This document shows positions 54,616 to 64,000 of a DNA stretch of 64,000 nt, piece by piece. A model generated the notes under the pieces. That model saw only the letters and a list, made by a program, of their open reading frames with translations. It made no database searches and was not told where the DNA came from. Numbering within the stretch: the stretch's first letter is position 1; every line of letters begins with the position of its first letter. The DNA is from Polyangiaceae bacterium (GTDB taxonomy: Bacteria > Myxococcota_A > Polyangia > Polyangiales > Polyangiaceae): positions 288,001-352,000 of the forward strand of contig JANRKO010000006.1 in the NCBI GenBank assembly GCA_033763455.1. The letters are read 5' to 3'. The position numbers and the translations under genes were made by a program.

Positions 54616-55356
54616 ATGAGTTACGACAAGCCTCCCCCCTGGCTTTCACCCAACGCCGTGTCGCGTAGGACCCTCTTGGGGGCGGCGTTCGGTGCTCTCG
54701 CTAGCGACATATTCTCCCCCCCAAGAAATGCGAGTGCTGCTGCAGGTTCGGCGCTTGTCGTGTTTGTGCATATCGATAGCAAGCTTCGGCTTCTACAGAC
54801 AGCTCTCGAAAAGCAACTTCCGGGCACTAGCGTCCGCACATTCTCCCGCTTCGGTGATGTCCGGGGCGCCATGGCGTCCGCCGACGCCGTGCTTGCTCTC
54901 GCGCCCGTGGTTGCCTCACTCGGTGTCAGTGTTGCAAAATCAGGGGTCCGCTCTGGGAAGGTAACGGAGCCCTACTCCCTCGTCTCGACGGATGCTTCCG
55001 TGAAACCTAGTAACGTTTCGAAGGTCGGGTTCGTGGATATTCTGGGTCGCCGCGAAACGACCAGTTTCGTACAGAAAATCGTAGGGGGTTCGGCGCAAGT
55101 CGAACGCGTCACCAAGCTTCAAGATCTGCTCCCCCTTCTGCAATTGAAGATGGCTCAAGCCATTCTCGTACCCACTCGGTTGGTTCCAGCCTTCCGCGAG
55201 CAAACGCGTATGCAACTCCATGACACGCCAGCGCCCAATGAAATCCCCTTGCCGGTAGTGGGCGCTTCCTCCGCAGCGGGTCGCCGGATCGCTGATAAGC
55301 TGCAAGGTGCTAACGCTAGCCTCAACAACTTGCTGGGGGTGCAATCATGGCGCTGA
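54616..55356 (+). CDS. Tat-exported protein with a probable periplasmic-binding-protein (type II) fold
   Basis: SRRTLL twin-arginine signal; LLPLLQLKMAQAILVP resembles PBP2 segments. ATG 54616. Confidence 0.6.
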   Translation: MSYDKPPPWLSPNAVSRRTLLGAAFGALASDIFSPPRNASAAAGSALVVFVHIDSKLRLLQTALEKQLPGTSVRTFSRFGDVRGAMASADAVLALAPVVASLGVSVAKSGVRSGKVTEPYSLVSTDASVKPSNVSKVGFVDILGRRETTSFVQKIVGGSAQVERVTKLQDLLPLLQLKMAQAILVPTRLVPAFREQTRMQLHDTPAPNEIPLPVVGASSAAGRRIADKLQGANASLNNLLGVQSWR

Positions 55357-56360
55357 TGAAACGCGTTCTTGTGGTCCTTTTCACGCTTGTGGTCGCCGGT
55401 AGCGGCTGTGCCCCGCGAACAGGCAGTACTCAGGCACAGGTCCCTTTCCCGCAGTCCCCGGCGCCTCGCGGGCGAGATGTCGTACTTGTGGTGATGCCCA
55501 ACGTTGAGCACACGCGTGAGGTTTACCAGGCGTTGGCCGCCGAGCTTTCGACGGAGATGGACGTGGTCGCCGTTGAGTTTGAAGCAAAGGATAGCGTTGA
55601 AAAGCTTGCGCAGGCGATCACGAAGAATAGTCCGAAGGCCCTCGTATTGATGGATAATCGCGTGCTGGCTGCGTACCGCGAATATCAGCGAACACGCCCC
55701 CCTGGATCGAAATTCCCGCCCTCGGTGGTGGTAATGACGTCTTTTTTGAGCGAGCAATATCGGTATGTCGTGAACGCGACGGGAATTAGCTACGAGGTCC
55801 CGAGCATCACCTTGTTCACGCAACTTCGCTTGCTTGTAAAGGGGCCGGTTCGAAGAGTGGGTGTCATCCATCGCCAGTTCTTTGCCGGGTATCTCGCTAA
55901 GCAACAGAAGCTCGCTTCACGCGAAGATATTCAAATCAGGGCGGCATCGGTCAGCGATAAGCCGACCGCAGAAGAAGTCGAACAAGCCCTTGAGGTGCTC
56001 AAAGATGAAGGCGTGGATGCCTTGTGGGTACTGAACGATAGCGTACTTCTAACCCCCGAATTGGTTCGCAAGGCCTGGCTTCCAGAGCTGAAACGCAACA
56101 CGATTCCAGTGGTAGTGGGTGTGCGCAAGTTGCTGACCCTCGGTCGACCCTTTGGGACCTTCGCTGTTATTCCGGATCACCCTGCGTTGGGTGTGCAGGC
56201 TGCGAGCATGATCTTTGACATGGCTGATCACAACTGGGTGAGCCCCCCGCGTGTCGCGCAGCCGCTCTCCACAAGGACGCTTGCCAACTTCAAACTTGCG
56301 GAAAAGATGTTCACTTTAAGCCCTCAGGCGCGCCAGCGGGTAGACGAGGCAGTTGAGTAG
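55356..56360 (+). CDS. ABC-type substrate-binding lipoprotein (ABC_sub_bind-like) with no transporter
   Basis: TGATG overlap with the upstream gene; lipobox [36 protein letters not shown] and LGVQAA motifs. Confidence 0.75.
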   Translation: MKRVLVVLFTLVVAGSGCAPRTGSTQAQVPFPQSPAPRGRDVVLVVMPNVEHTREVYQALAAELSTEMDVVAVEFEAKDSVEKLAQAITKNSPKALVLMDNRVLAAYREYQRTRPPGSKFPPSVVVMTSFLSEQYRYVVNATGISYEVPSITLFTQLRLLVKGPVRRVGVIHRQFFAGYLAKQQKLASREDIQIRAASVSDKPTAEEVEQALEVLKDEGVDALWVLNDSVLLTPELVRKAWLPELKRNTIPVVVGVRKLLTLGRPFGTFAVIPDHPALGVQAASMIFDMADHNWVSPPRVAQPLSTRTLANFKLAEKMFTLSPQARQRVDEAVE

Positions 56361-56404
56361 ACGAGTGGCGGCGCCTGGCGTCGCGCAGAGATCGACGAGG
56401 ATTT

Positions 56405-59296
56405 ATGACAGAATTACAGAAGGTTAGAGGCTCCCTTGCCAGTAAGCTGCTCAAGCCAACCATCGGAGGCTTCCTTTTCGTTGGGCTAGCTACGATTGGG
56501 ATCGTCGGGTGGACTCATACTCGATCTGCCGATCAGCAGCTTTCTACGCTGGAAAGTCAGATGCGCGAGAGTGCGCTGGCGCGTGCTCGGACCCTGATCG
56601 ATTCGCACGCGTTGGCCTTAAGGGGCCTAGCCGAAGCTAACGCGATCACAGATATCCAGGATCTTGTGAAAAATACGGTCACGGACGACAAGACGATTCT
56701 CTACGGGCTCTTCGTAAACCCCGAGGGTGAGACGGTTGCGTACGTGAGTCCCACAACGTCGGCCCAGCGCACCATCACGCCCACCGAGATTGTCCAGAAA
56801 CAACTCGCGCTGAGCTCGCTCAAGCCCGACGCCGCCGACACTCGGCATGAGCGGAATGCAGAGCTTTTTGGAGCGCCCGTGTTCGAAGTTTCTAGGGGCG
56901 TGTTCGCCGACGGCGAATTGGCGGGCTCGGTGCGGTACGGCATGAGCCTGAAGGGCCTTCAGGAATCGTTGGCCGAGGCGCGCCAACAGTCCGAGCAAGA
57001 TCGCAATCAAGTATTAGTGCTCATCAGTCTCTTGATGGCGGGGATTACGGCGGCTGCCGCGTTCATGGTAACGAGGACCGCTAGAAGAATAACGCAACCT
57101 CTCAATGCCCTAACGGGTGCGGCCAACGCCGTTGCCGCGGGTAACATGGACGCACGGGTTACGGTAGAGAGTGGTGATGAGCTGGAATTGCTGGCTTCCG
57201 CTTTCAATCAGATGCAATCCGCCAACCAGAAAGCTTTCACGGACCTTGAGGATAAGACTTCCCAGGCACTAGAGGCGGCTCGGATCAAGAGCGAATTTCT
57301 GGCGAATATGAGCCATGAGATCCGCACACCAATGAATGGCATCATCGGGATGACGCAACTTTTACTGCGTGCTCCTCAGCGAGATAAGCGCGAGCAACGT
57401 TTCGTGGAAACGATTCAAGCCTCCGCTAATACGCTGCTAACGATCGTGAACGACGTGTTGGATTTTTCGAAGCTGGATGCGCAGAAGCTTGAGATCCACG
57501 CCGACGTGTTCGATCTCCGGTTGGTAATTCAAGAGGTTGCGGAGCTCATGAGCCCGCGGGTTGAAGAAAAGCAGGTTGAATTGATTCCCGCGGTAGCCCC
57601 CAGCGTTCCTGCACTGCTTGTGGGTGACCCAGATAGGATTCGCCAGGTCCTCACTAACCTTGCCAACAATGCTGTGAAATTCACACACAGCGGTGAAATT
57701 GTGATCAGCGCCGAGTGCGAGCCACGCCCTTCCGGGGGCATGAATGTGCGGATCTCGGTGAAAGATACTGGCATTGGTATCGATCCCAAGAATCACGATA
57801 AGCTGTTCCAATCCTTCTCTCAGGTGGACGGTTCACTCACCCGGCAGTACGGGGGCACGGGTCTCGGCCTGGCCATCTGCAAGGGGCTCGTCGAAAAGAT
57901 GAAGGGCGAGATAGGATTTTCCAGCGACTACGGCGTGGGGAGTACCTTTTACTTTAGCTTGCCTCTAGAAGTTGCGCAGGCCGAGCAGTCCGTGAAGTTG
58001 AAGTTGCCGACACGTCGCAACATCCTGGTCGGCGAAAACAATGCAACGACGCTTGAGCTCTTGCGGGTACACCTTCTCCATTGGGGATACATGTGCACCT
58101 CAGCAGGCAGTTGGCGCCAACTTGTTGAAGAGCTCGACAAAGCTAGCTCAAGCGGCAAGTACTTTGATGCCGTGGTCGTCGGTTCCGACATCGTTCGGGA
58201 GGGAAGCGTGCGCCTTGTGGAGAAGCTTCGCGACCAAAAGCCAGGCGAGCGAACGCCGTTCATCGTGATTGCCCACTCCGCCGAGGAAACGCTGGTCGAT
58301 CCGGACGTGCGCCTCACTAAGCCCATTCGCACCTCGGAGGTTTACAATAGCCTTCAGAATATTCTCGAGGGGAAGCTCACTGAGAAGCAAACCTCAGGTA
58401 AACATCGCCCTGCACGCAGCAAGAACAGGGGTTTCAAGATCTTGGTCGTTGAGGATAACGAGGTCAACCAGCTCGTAGCACTCGAATTGCTTGCGGAGCT
58501 CGGGCACATCCCCGAGGTTGTCGGAAATGGTGCGGAAGCCGTCAAAGCTGTCTCGACACGCCACTACGACGCCGTCTTGATGGACTGCCAGATGCCCGTG
58601 ATGGACGGTTACGAGGCAACACGCCGCATTCGAAAGTTGAACACCGCGGCAGCAAAGATCCCGATCTTTGCCCTTACCGCTCACGCCTTGCCTGGTGACA
58701 GAACGAAGGCGCTTGAGGCAGGCATGGATGCCTATCTAACCAAACCCCTCGCGGAAAATGCCCTCGTTAAGATGCTCGATCGTTGGTTCGATGACGTGGC
58801 GGAGCCGCCGGAGTTGATTACCAGTGAGGATCTCGATGCGCGGCGCGCCTCCCTGGGCGCCCCACCGGCTCCTTCCGCGCCTCCCGAGGCACCGCGGGTT
58901 TCCGTCGCGCCTATGTCTCGCACGATGAGTACACCCGTAAAGGGAGACCTGCCGATTTTGAACCCCGAACGCAAACGCTCAGCCCGAGCAATTGAACTGT
59001 TCATCAACCTGATGCCCGCGCAAATCAACCAGGTCGAAGGCGCACTCAACAACCACGAGCGCCAAGCTTTCCGAGACTTCGCTCATAAGTGCAAGGGAAG
59101 CTGCTTAGCCCTTGGTGCTGATCAAATGGCCGCAATCTGTAAGGAGTTGCAGGTTCTCGGTGAAGCCACAAATCTCGATGTTCCAGCGGCAACTGCGCTC
59201 ATGGAGTCCCTGCGTAGCTCCTTCAACGACACGCGCCAGGCCTTGCGCGAATTCATCAAGCCGTCGTCGAACTCGTCGCCCCCGCCTGCCCCGTAA
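56405..59296 (+). CDS. Membrane hybrid histidine kinase: periplasmic sensor, HAMP, HisKA, HATPase, pseudo-REC, REC, Hpt
   Basis: Two TMs; HAMP (ITQPL...DELELLA..FN.M); [25 protein letters not shown]2 LMDCQMP; Hpt FAHKCKGS. Confidence 0.93.
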   Translation: MTELQKVRGSLASKLLKPTIGGFLFVGLATIGIVGWTHTRSADQQLSTLESQMRESALARARTLIDSHALALRGLAEANAITDIQDLVKNTVTDDKTILYGLFVNPEGETVAYVSPTTSAQRTITPTEIVQKQLALSSLKPDAADTRHERNAELFGAPVFEVSRGVFADGELAGSVRYGMSLKGLQESLAEARQQSEQDRNQVLVLISLLMAGITAAAAFMVTRTARRITQPLNALTGAANAVAAGNMDARVTVESGDELELLASAFNQMQSANQKAFTDLEDKTSQALEAARIKSEFLANMSHEIRTPMNGIIGMTQLLLRAPQRDKREQRFVETIQASANTLLTIVNDVLDFSKLDAQKLEIHADVFDLRLVIQEVAELMSPRVEEKQVELIPAVAPSVPALLVGDPDRIRQVLTNLANNAVKFTHSGEIVISAECEPRPSGGMNVRISVKDTGIGIDPKNHDKLFQSFSQVDGSLTRQYGGTGLGLAICKGLVEKMKGEIGFSSDYGVGSTFYFSLPLEVAQAEQSVKLKLPTRRNILVGENNATTLELLRVHLLHWGYMCTSAGSWRQLVEELDKASSSGKYFDAVVVGSDIVREGSVRLVEKLRDQKPGERTPFIVIAHSAEETLVDPDVRLTKPIRTSEVYNSLQNILEGKLTEKQTSGKHRPARSKNRGFKILVVEDNEVNQLVALELLAELGHIPEVVGNGAEAVKAVSTRHYDAVLMDCQMPVMDGYEATRRIRKLNTAAAKIPIFALTAHALPGDRTKALEAGMDAYLTKPLAENALVKMLDRWFDDVAEPPELITSEDLDARRASLGAPPAPSAPPEAPRVSVAPMSRTMSTPVKGDLPILNPERKRSARAIELFINLMPAQINQVEGALNNHERQAFRDFAHKCKGSCLALGADQMAAICKELQVLGEATNLDVPAATALMESLRSSFNDTRQALREFIKPSSNSSPPPAP

Positions 59297-59329
59297 TATT
59301 GCTATCTATCGCCCCTCGTTTAGGTGGAG

Positions 59330-59791
59330 TTACTTAGCGACGATGCCGGATGCGGGGCAACGACGCTCAAGAATTAAGTCGATCTGCTGAAGAATGTCGC
59401 CTGCGCGGCGAACCTTGGAAATGTAGGCAGTGGCCTGGCAGCGCTCGGATGCTGCGGCGAGTTGATCGTTCGGAAGCGCCGAGAGCAGCACAATGGGGCA
59501 ATTGGCCAGGCCGGACTTGCGAAGGAGCTCTGCGGCGCGGTCGCCGTTGATGGCGGGCATAGCCACATCGACTAGCAGGAGATCCGGCTGTTCGCGTTGA
59601 ACTGCTGCACTCAGACCGAGTGCGCTCCGCAGCGTTACAACTTCGAAGCCCTGACGTCGGAGTAGGCGCTCCAGGTTGCGTGTGAAGAATTGGTCGTCGT
59701 CAACGATAAGCACTTTGCGCCGCGCGTTCTGAGCATTCTCATTGCTGGAGACGCGGGGGGCACAGGCGATGGCGGCAGAGGATTGGGACAT
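59330..59791 (-). CDS. Single-domain response regulator (receiver only)
   Basis: VLIVDDD, LVDVAMP, LLSA and YISK motifs. Start uncertain. Confidence 0.85.
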   Translation of the reverse strand: MSQSSAAIACAPRVSSNENAQNARRKVLIVDDDQFFTRNLERLLRRQGFEVVTLRSALGLSAAVQREQPDLLLVDVAMPAINGDRAAELLRKSGLANCPIVLLSALPNDQLAAASERCQATAYISKVRRAGDILQQIDLILERRCPASGIVAK

Positions 59792-60029
59792 GCAGGGAGA
59801 CAATGCACGACCCGTTCCATGCGCAATTTGCCGTAATTTTATCGGCTTCTTTCAACAAGTGTCTTACGCCGAGACTCGAAGTGGGACGCTCCACGGTAGT
59901 GACGCGTCAAACTGAGAATTGCGGGCTCGCCGGAGAGAACCTGCTCCAAACTGAGACGGAAGGCTCAAGTTCTGGCGAAGGGGAAGTCACTTGTGAGAGA
60001 AAGCTTCGTAGGTCGCGGCAGTTATGCGC

Positions 60030-61982
60030 TCAGCGACGCTGGATGGCGTCGAGCGTGCGGGCTGCTTCCTCGCACGTCTTGAAGCGATCCTCGGGGAGCT
60101 TGGCGAGCATCTTCAGCACGGCAGCTTCGAGCTCGGGATCGATTCCGGGAACGTGGCGACTCAGGGGCTCTGGCGCTTGCTCACGGTGCATCATGAGGAG
60201 CGGCATCATGTCTTCGTGATAGAAGGGAAGATTGCCGGTGAGCATCTCATAGGCGAGGATGCCGAGGGCGTATTGATCGGCGGCTGGCCCCACGCTGCTA
60301 AAACCCATGATTTGCTCGGGGGCCATGTAGGCAGGTGTGCCAGCCATGGTTCCAAGCATGGTTTTTTTGCGCTTCTCGTCGCTCTTGGCGATCCCAAAAT
60401 CCATGATCTTGAGGACCCCCTCGTTCGTGACGAACAGATTAGCCGGCTTGATATCTCGGTGGATCACGCCGCGCGCATGCGCAACGCTCAACCCGTTGCA
60501 CGCTTGGATGAGAATGGGCAGAGCCCACGCAGCCTCTCGTGGCCCTGTTAGCAGCTCATCCAACGGGCGCCCCCGAAGGAGCTCCATAGTGAAGTAGCGG
60601 TGGCCCCCGTGGATCCCAATGTCGTACACCTGGATGATATTGGGGTGGTTGAGCTTGCGGCAGAGCTTGAGCTCTTCTCGAAATCGCGCGACCGCATCTT
60701 CCAAGTGATCTTGTGTGACAAGGTCCCCTGAAAATACCTTGATTGCGAGCTCCTCATCCAGCTCTTGATCCACCGCACTGAAGACTGTGGCCATGCCGCC
60801 TCGCCCGATCTCCGCTTGGAGGCGGAAGCGCTCCCCTATGACCACGCCCGGGCCCAGGACAACTCGGTCCGGCACGCCGGTGGGCGGGATTAGCGATACA
60901 CGCACATTGGAGGATGGTTCGCGCCGCTGGCTTGGGCGGTCGCTGGGAAGCTTCGGGCCAGCAGCGGGAGGCTGGGAAAACTCAGGCACGGGCCCACGAG
61001 TTGTGTGTCCGAATTGGGGGCTGCGCTCAGTGAAAGGCGACGAAGGCGGACCGGCAGCTTCCGAGAACGTGGATGGCAGACGTTGCTCGTCTGTAAGTGA
61101 GATTGTGGCGGAGCGAGCCGTCTCGTCGAGCCGAGCCCGCAGGGCCAACGAGTGCGCATCTTTTGGAAACTTTGCTAGGATTGCATCGACTGTTGCGCGG
61201 GCTTCCCCAATGTAGCCCCTCCAAACCAAGAGCTCGCTCCAGCTTTGGAAAACAGTGATTTCGTCCTCCGTTTCCGGGCCCTGCGCGATCGACGGCCGAA
61301 GGTAACTCACGAACGTACTCGTGCACCTCCCCATTTTGGTGAGCAAGCGCAGGGCTGTTTTCGCGGCTATGGGGTATTGCGGCTCATCTTGAGCGACGAG
61401 CATAAGGTGGGATAAGGCACGCGAGCCCTCCCCGGCCTTAATGAAGCCTAGGCCAGCTTCGTAGTGGAGATTGGCAGCGGCCAAGAGCTCCGCCGCCTCC
61501 AGTTTGCGATCATTCATGGCCAGCTGTTTGGCTTCCGCGCGTGCCATAGCCGCATCTCTGATTGGCCCGCCGGTGGGCACGGCCGCCACTGGACTCAACT
61601 CGGACGCCGGCTGGACTGATATCTGCGGTCGGCCTGACAGTGGGCCGATGTCCCCACCCGAAAAGCGCTCGCTCGCGGGAACGGAGCGCGAAAGGGCGGC
61701 CCGCTGCGGTTCACCCAACAATTCGTACACACGAGCTGCTCTTTCGGCCTCACCCGCCTTACTGAAATATGCAGCCGCCATGGTCGCGAGGCGTTTCTCC
61801 TCGGCCGAAAGGCTGGAGAATTCGCGTTCGTGGCCGCTGAGCCCGTCAATCAAGATCTGGCCGGCTTCAGCGTGTTTAGACTGCATGGCGAGCATCAACG
61901 CCTTATGCCGAAGCGCCCCGAGATTCCGGTCCGTCGGCTTCTTTGTAGCCGGAGCTTCTGATTTAGGATCTGAGCCGCTCAT
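60030..61982 (-). CDS. Cytoplasmic Ser/Thr protein kinase with N-terminal TPR-like helical repeats
   Basis: IGRGGMATVF, LAIK, HRDIKPAN, DFGIA and YMAPE motifs; no TM. Confidence 0.92.
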   Translation of the reverse strand: MSGSDPKSEAPATKKPTDRNLGALRHKALMLAMQSKHAEAGQILIDGLSGHEREFSSLSAEEKRLATMAAAYFSKAGEAERAARVYELLGEPQRAALSRSVPASERFSGGDIGPLSGRPQISVQPASELSPVAAVPTGGPIRDAAMARAEAKQLAMNDRKLEAAELLAAANLHYEAGLGFIKAGEGSRALSHLMLVAQDEPQYPIAAKTALRLLTKMGRCTSTFVSYLRPSIAQGPETEDEITVFQSWSELLVWRGYIGEARATVDAILAKFPKDAHSLALRARLDETARSATISLTDEQRLPSTFSEAAGPPSSPFTERSPQFGHTTRGPVPEFSQPPAAGPKLPSDRPSQRREPSSNVRVSLIPPTGVPDRVVLGPGVVIGERFRLQAEIGRGGMATVFSAVDQELDEELAIKVFSGDLVTQDHLEDAVARFREELKLCRKLNHPNIIQVYDIGIHGGHRYFTMELLRGRPLDELLTGPREAAWALPILIQACNGLSVAHARGVIHRDIKPANLFVTNEGVLKIMDFGIAKSDEKRKKTMLGTMAGTPAYMAPEQIMGFSSVGPAADQYALGILAYEMLTGNLPFYHEDMMPLLMMHREQAPEPLSRHVPGIDPELEAAVLKMLAKLPEDRFKTCEEAARTLDAIQRR

Positions 61983-62091
61983 TGGGGGATTCGTTTAACT
62001 GCGCTACCGCATGTACCGTTGTTCATACCATATACCATGACAATGCTCGGTTCGTGTACGTCAGTAACATACCTACCTGTGAGCACCTGCG

Positions 62092-62913
62092 GTGAGTAGC
62101 CCAACTGGCCTTTCCCAAGTGTTGCTAGAAGGCCAGCGCATCGCTGCCAGCCTCGAGAGCCAGAACGCTGAGCTTGCAACTCGTGTTGCGCAACTGGAGC
62201 AGGAGCTAGCCAAGGCAGTTGCTCAAAGCAAAGACCCGCTCTTCGCGCCTCCAGATGCGGCCACCCAGGGTGCCGACCAAATTCGCTTGTTGCAGCAGGC
62301 TCTCCGACAAAAGGAGGCGGAGTGCGACGAGGTGAACGAAGAGATAAACCGGCTCTCCCAGCAGAACACGAACTACCTGAGTCTCTACGTTGCCTCATCT
62401 CAACTGCACAGTACGACCGACTTTGCGAACGTCATTAGAAGCATCCAAGAAATCATTATCAACTTGATCGGAGCCGATCAATTCGCCTTCTATCTTTTCG
62501 ACGCTGAGCGCCGCGAGTTCAAGCGTGTTGCAAGTGAGGGCGAACGGGATCCGGCAGACGAAGTCATTCCGTTCGGCGACAATTTGCTGTCCCGGGTGGC
62601 GCGTTCGGAAACCCTGTGTCTGGATGTGAAGGAATCCGACCTGCCGAGCGGCGCCGTGCCGATCGCCGTGTTGCCTCTATCCATCGGCCACGAACCCATC
62701 GGCGTTATCGTGCTCTTTCAGTTGCTGGTGCAAAAGGGTGAGTTTGACGAATTTGACTTGGAATTGTTCAACCTCCTCGCAGCGCATGCCGCGAGCGCTC
62801 TGGCCTCCAGCCTTTCGTTCAGAAGGTTGGAACGTCAGAACAAGACGCTAAAAGGCTTGTTGGACCTCTTCAAAACCGGGGGTGGCTCGCTTCTGGCCGC
62901 CGAGGGCCCTTGA
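62092..62913 (+). CDS. Coiled-coil + GAF domain protein
   Basis: N-terminal heptads, then LYVASSQLHST.DF..V...IQEIIINLIGA...PIAVLPL...IGVI...LLVQK..F..FDLELF.LLA.HAA.AL. Confidence 0.85.
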   Translation: MSSPTGLSQVLLEGQRIAASLESQNAELATRVAQLEQELAKAVAQSKDPLFAPPDAATQGADQIRLLQQALRQKEAECDEVNEEINRLSQQNTNYLSLYVASSQLHSTTDFANVIRSIQEIIINLIGADQFAFYLFDAERREFKRVASEGERDPADEVIPFGDNLLSRVARSETLCLDVKESDLPSGAVPIAVLPLSIGHEPIGVIVLFQLLVQKGEFDEFDLELFNLLAAHAASALASSLSFRRLERQNKTLKGLLDLFKTGGGSLLAAEGP

Positions 62914-62915
62914 AC

Positions 62916-63881
62916 ATGGCCGGAGCCGTCGAAGGCAACCTGCGAGACGTTGCGCTAAAAGATGTGTTGGAGGTGCTGATCCTGACTGCACAGAGTGGGC
63001 ACCTTTACATTAACCGCATCGGAAGGCGCGCCGAGCTCTACCTCTGGAACGGCCACATCGTGACCGCCCAGATAAGCCCGGCTCGGAGGCACCTCGCCAC
63101 GTTTTTCCTAGAGCGCGGCTGGATCACCTTCGACACGCTACATCGCGCTCTTCTTCAGCAATCGCGCACCGAACAACATCAGTTGAGCGGGCAGATCTTG
63201 GTGGAGCTGGGTGTTATCAACCGGGAGCAGCTCACCCAAGGCCTCAAATGGCATGTGCGCCAGCTCCTCACCGAGCTTTTGGCGTGGCCTGAAGGCGAAT
63301 TTACCTTCAACGCCGTGGTGGATCCCTCCTTGCCCAGCGGTGAAGGCTACGGGATTCTCTTTGAGCTTGAAGATCTGGAACGCCTGCAAACCATGGCTGT
63401 CGATCTCGCGACGGCAAACGGGCGGGGAAGCTTTGAGCGCGAAAGCTGGCCCACGCGCCCCCAGCTGGCCATCGTGATCACAGGTGACATTTTGGTGCAG
63501 CACGGCCTTGAGGGGGGGCTGCGCGAATTGGCATTCTCCGTGGTTCATACGCCGAGCCTGGAGGATGTTCCCAACTTCCTTCTGGCGGCAGAAGATGAAT
63601 ACCCAACTCTTGTATTCGATCTAGATCTATTCGCGAATCGTCAGCGAGAAGCAGAAGTGGCGTTTGATTTGTTGGGGTCGATGCGCAAAAAGTGGCCGAA
63701 CCTTGGCACCGTAACCTTCGGCCGAGAACCTCCGGATTGCCTGTTCAATTTCCTTGGAAAAGATGGCCTCTTATTTCACGTGCCGCGCCCGGCGCGGAGT
63801 TCCGAAGCGCGGCTCGATCTGGTGAAGAGCTTCATACAATCGCTTGCCACGGTAGTGTTGCATAGCCGCAGCCTGCGGTAG
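62916..63881 (+). CDS. DUF4388 (PATAN-like) protein with an MshEN-like segment and a degenerate C-terminal receiver
   Basis: EGNLRDVALKDVLEVL....SG.L...WPEGEFTF; internal tandem L...L.ERG.I....L..AL..Q; C-terminal beta/alpha region with LVFDLD. Confidence 0.8.
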   Translation: MAGAVEGNLRDVALKDVLEVLILTAQSGHLYINRIGRRAELYLWNGHIVTAQISPARRHLATFFLERGWITFDTLHRALLQQSRTEQHQLSGQILVELGVINREQLTQGLKWHVRQLLTELLAWPEGEFTFNAVVDPSLPSGEGYGILFELEDLERLQTMAVDLATANGRGSFERESWPTRPQLAIVITGDILVQHGLEGGLRELAFSVVHTPSLEDVPNFLLAAEDEYPTLVFDLDLFANRQREAEVAFDLLGSMRKKWPNLGTVTFGREPPDCLFNFLGKDGLLFHVPRPARSSEARLDLVKSFIQSLATVVLHSRSLR

Positions 63882-64000
63882 GGATTAGGTGCGCAGCGGC
63901 ATTCGTGCCGCAACGCGGCGGGCCGTTAACATGTTTACCGTTAGCCCGGTAGCGGAACCGCGACGGTGCCGCTCTGGGAACAAATAGAAACCGCCGACTG

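Noticed and set aside
59908..59956. Direct repeat CAAACTGAGA x2 upstream of the third receiver gene
   Set aside because: Only two 10-bp copies with no associated promoter motif; may be chance.

Overview
This is a 64-kb chromosomal segment of a myxobacterium (Myxococcota, most likely Polyangiales/Sorangiineae-like; about 60% GC by eye). It has three parts. (1) About 1.4-33 kb is an adventurous-gliding (Agl-Glt) envelope locus: two myxobacterial OM beta-barrels (GltB/GltA-like), a Cys-rich GltK/CglC-like lipoprotein, and a gltC-gltD-gltE-gltF-gltG-[TPR lipoprotein]-gltI run, where gltI encodes 3790 aa. Genes that lie in two separate clusters in Myxococcus xanthus (G1 and G2) are together here, with ftsY, yraN and HEAT/HAMP genes in between. 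No gltJ or aglRQS is visible. (2) About 33-49 kb holds housekeeping and envelope genes: an FHA-sigma54 activator, a TPR-PEGA protein with a Pro-rich membrane partner, amiC, dksA, uvrA, tRNA-Ile2(CAT), a C4 zinc-ribbon protein, a Ser/Thr kinase, prkA, tatD and tRNA-Met(CAT). (3) About 49-64 kb, starting right after tRNA-Met, is a block made only of signalling genes: a NosP(FIST)-NahK-like pair, three stand-alone receivers, an FHA-sigma54 activator beside a near-consensus sigma54 promoter with enhancer-like repeats, two orphan periplasmic binding proteins in front of an Hpt-containing hybrid kinase, a TPR-Ser/Thr kinase, and GAF and DUF4388 proteins. Several non-coding structured-RNA candidates and a probable ATA start for yraN were also seen. 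No CRISPR array, rRNA, integrase or transposase was recognised. All family assignments come from motif recognition by eye, not database searches.
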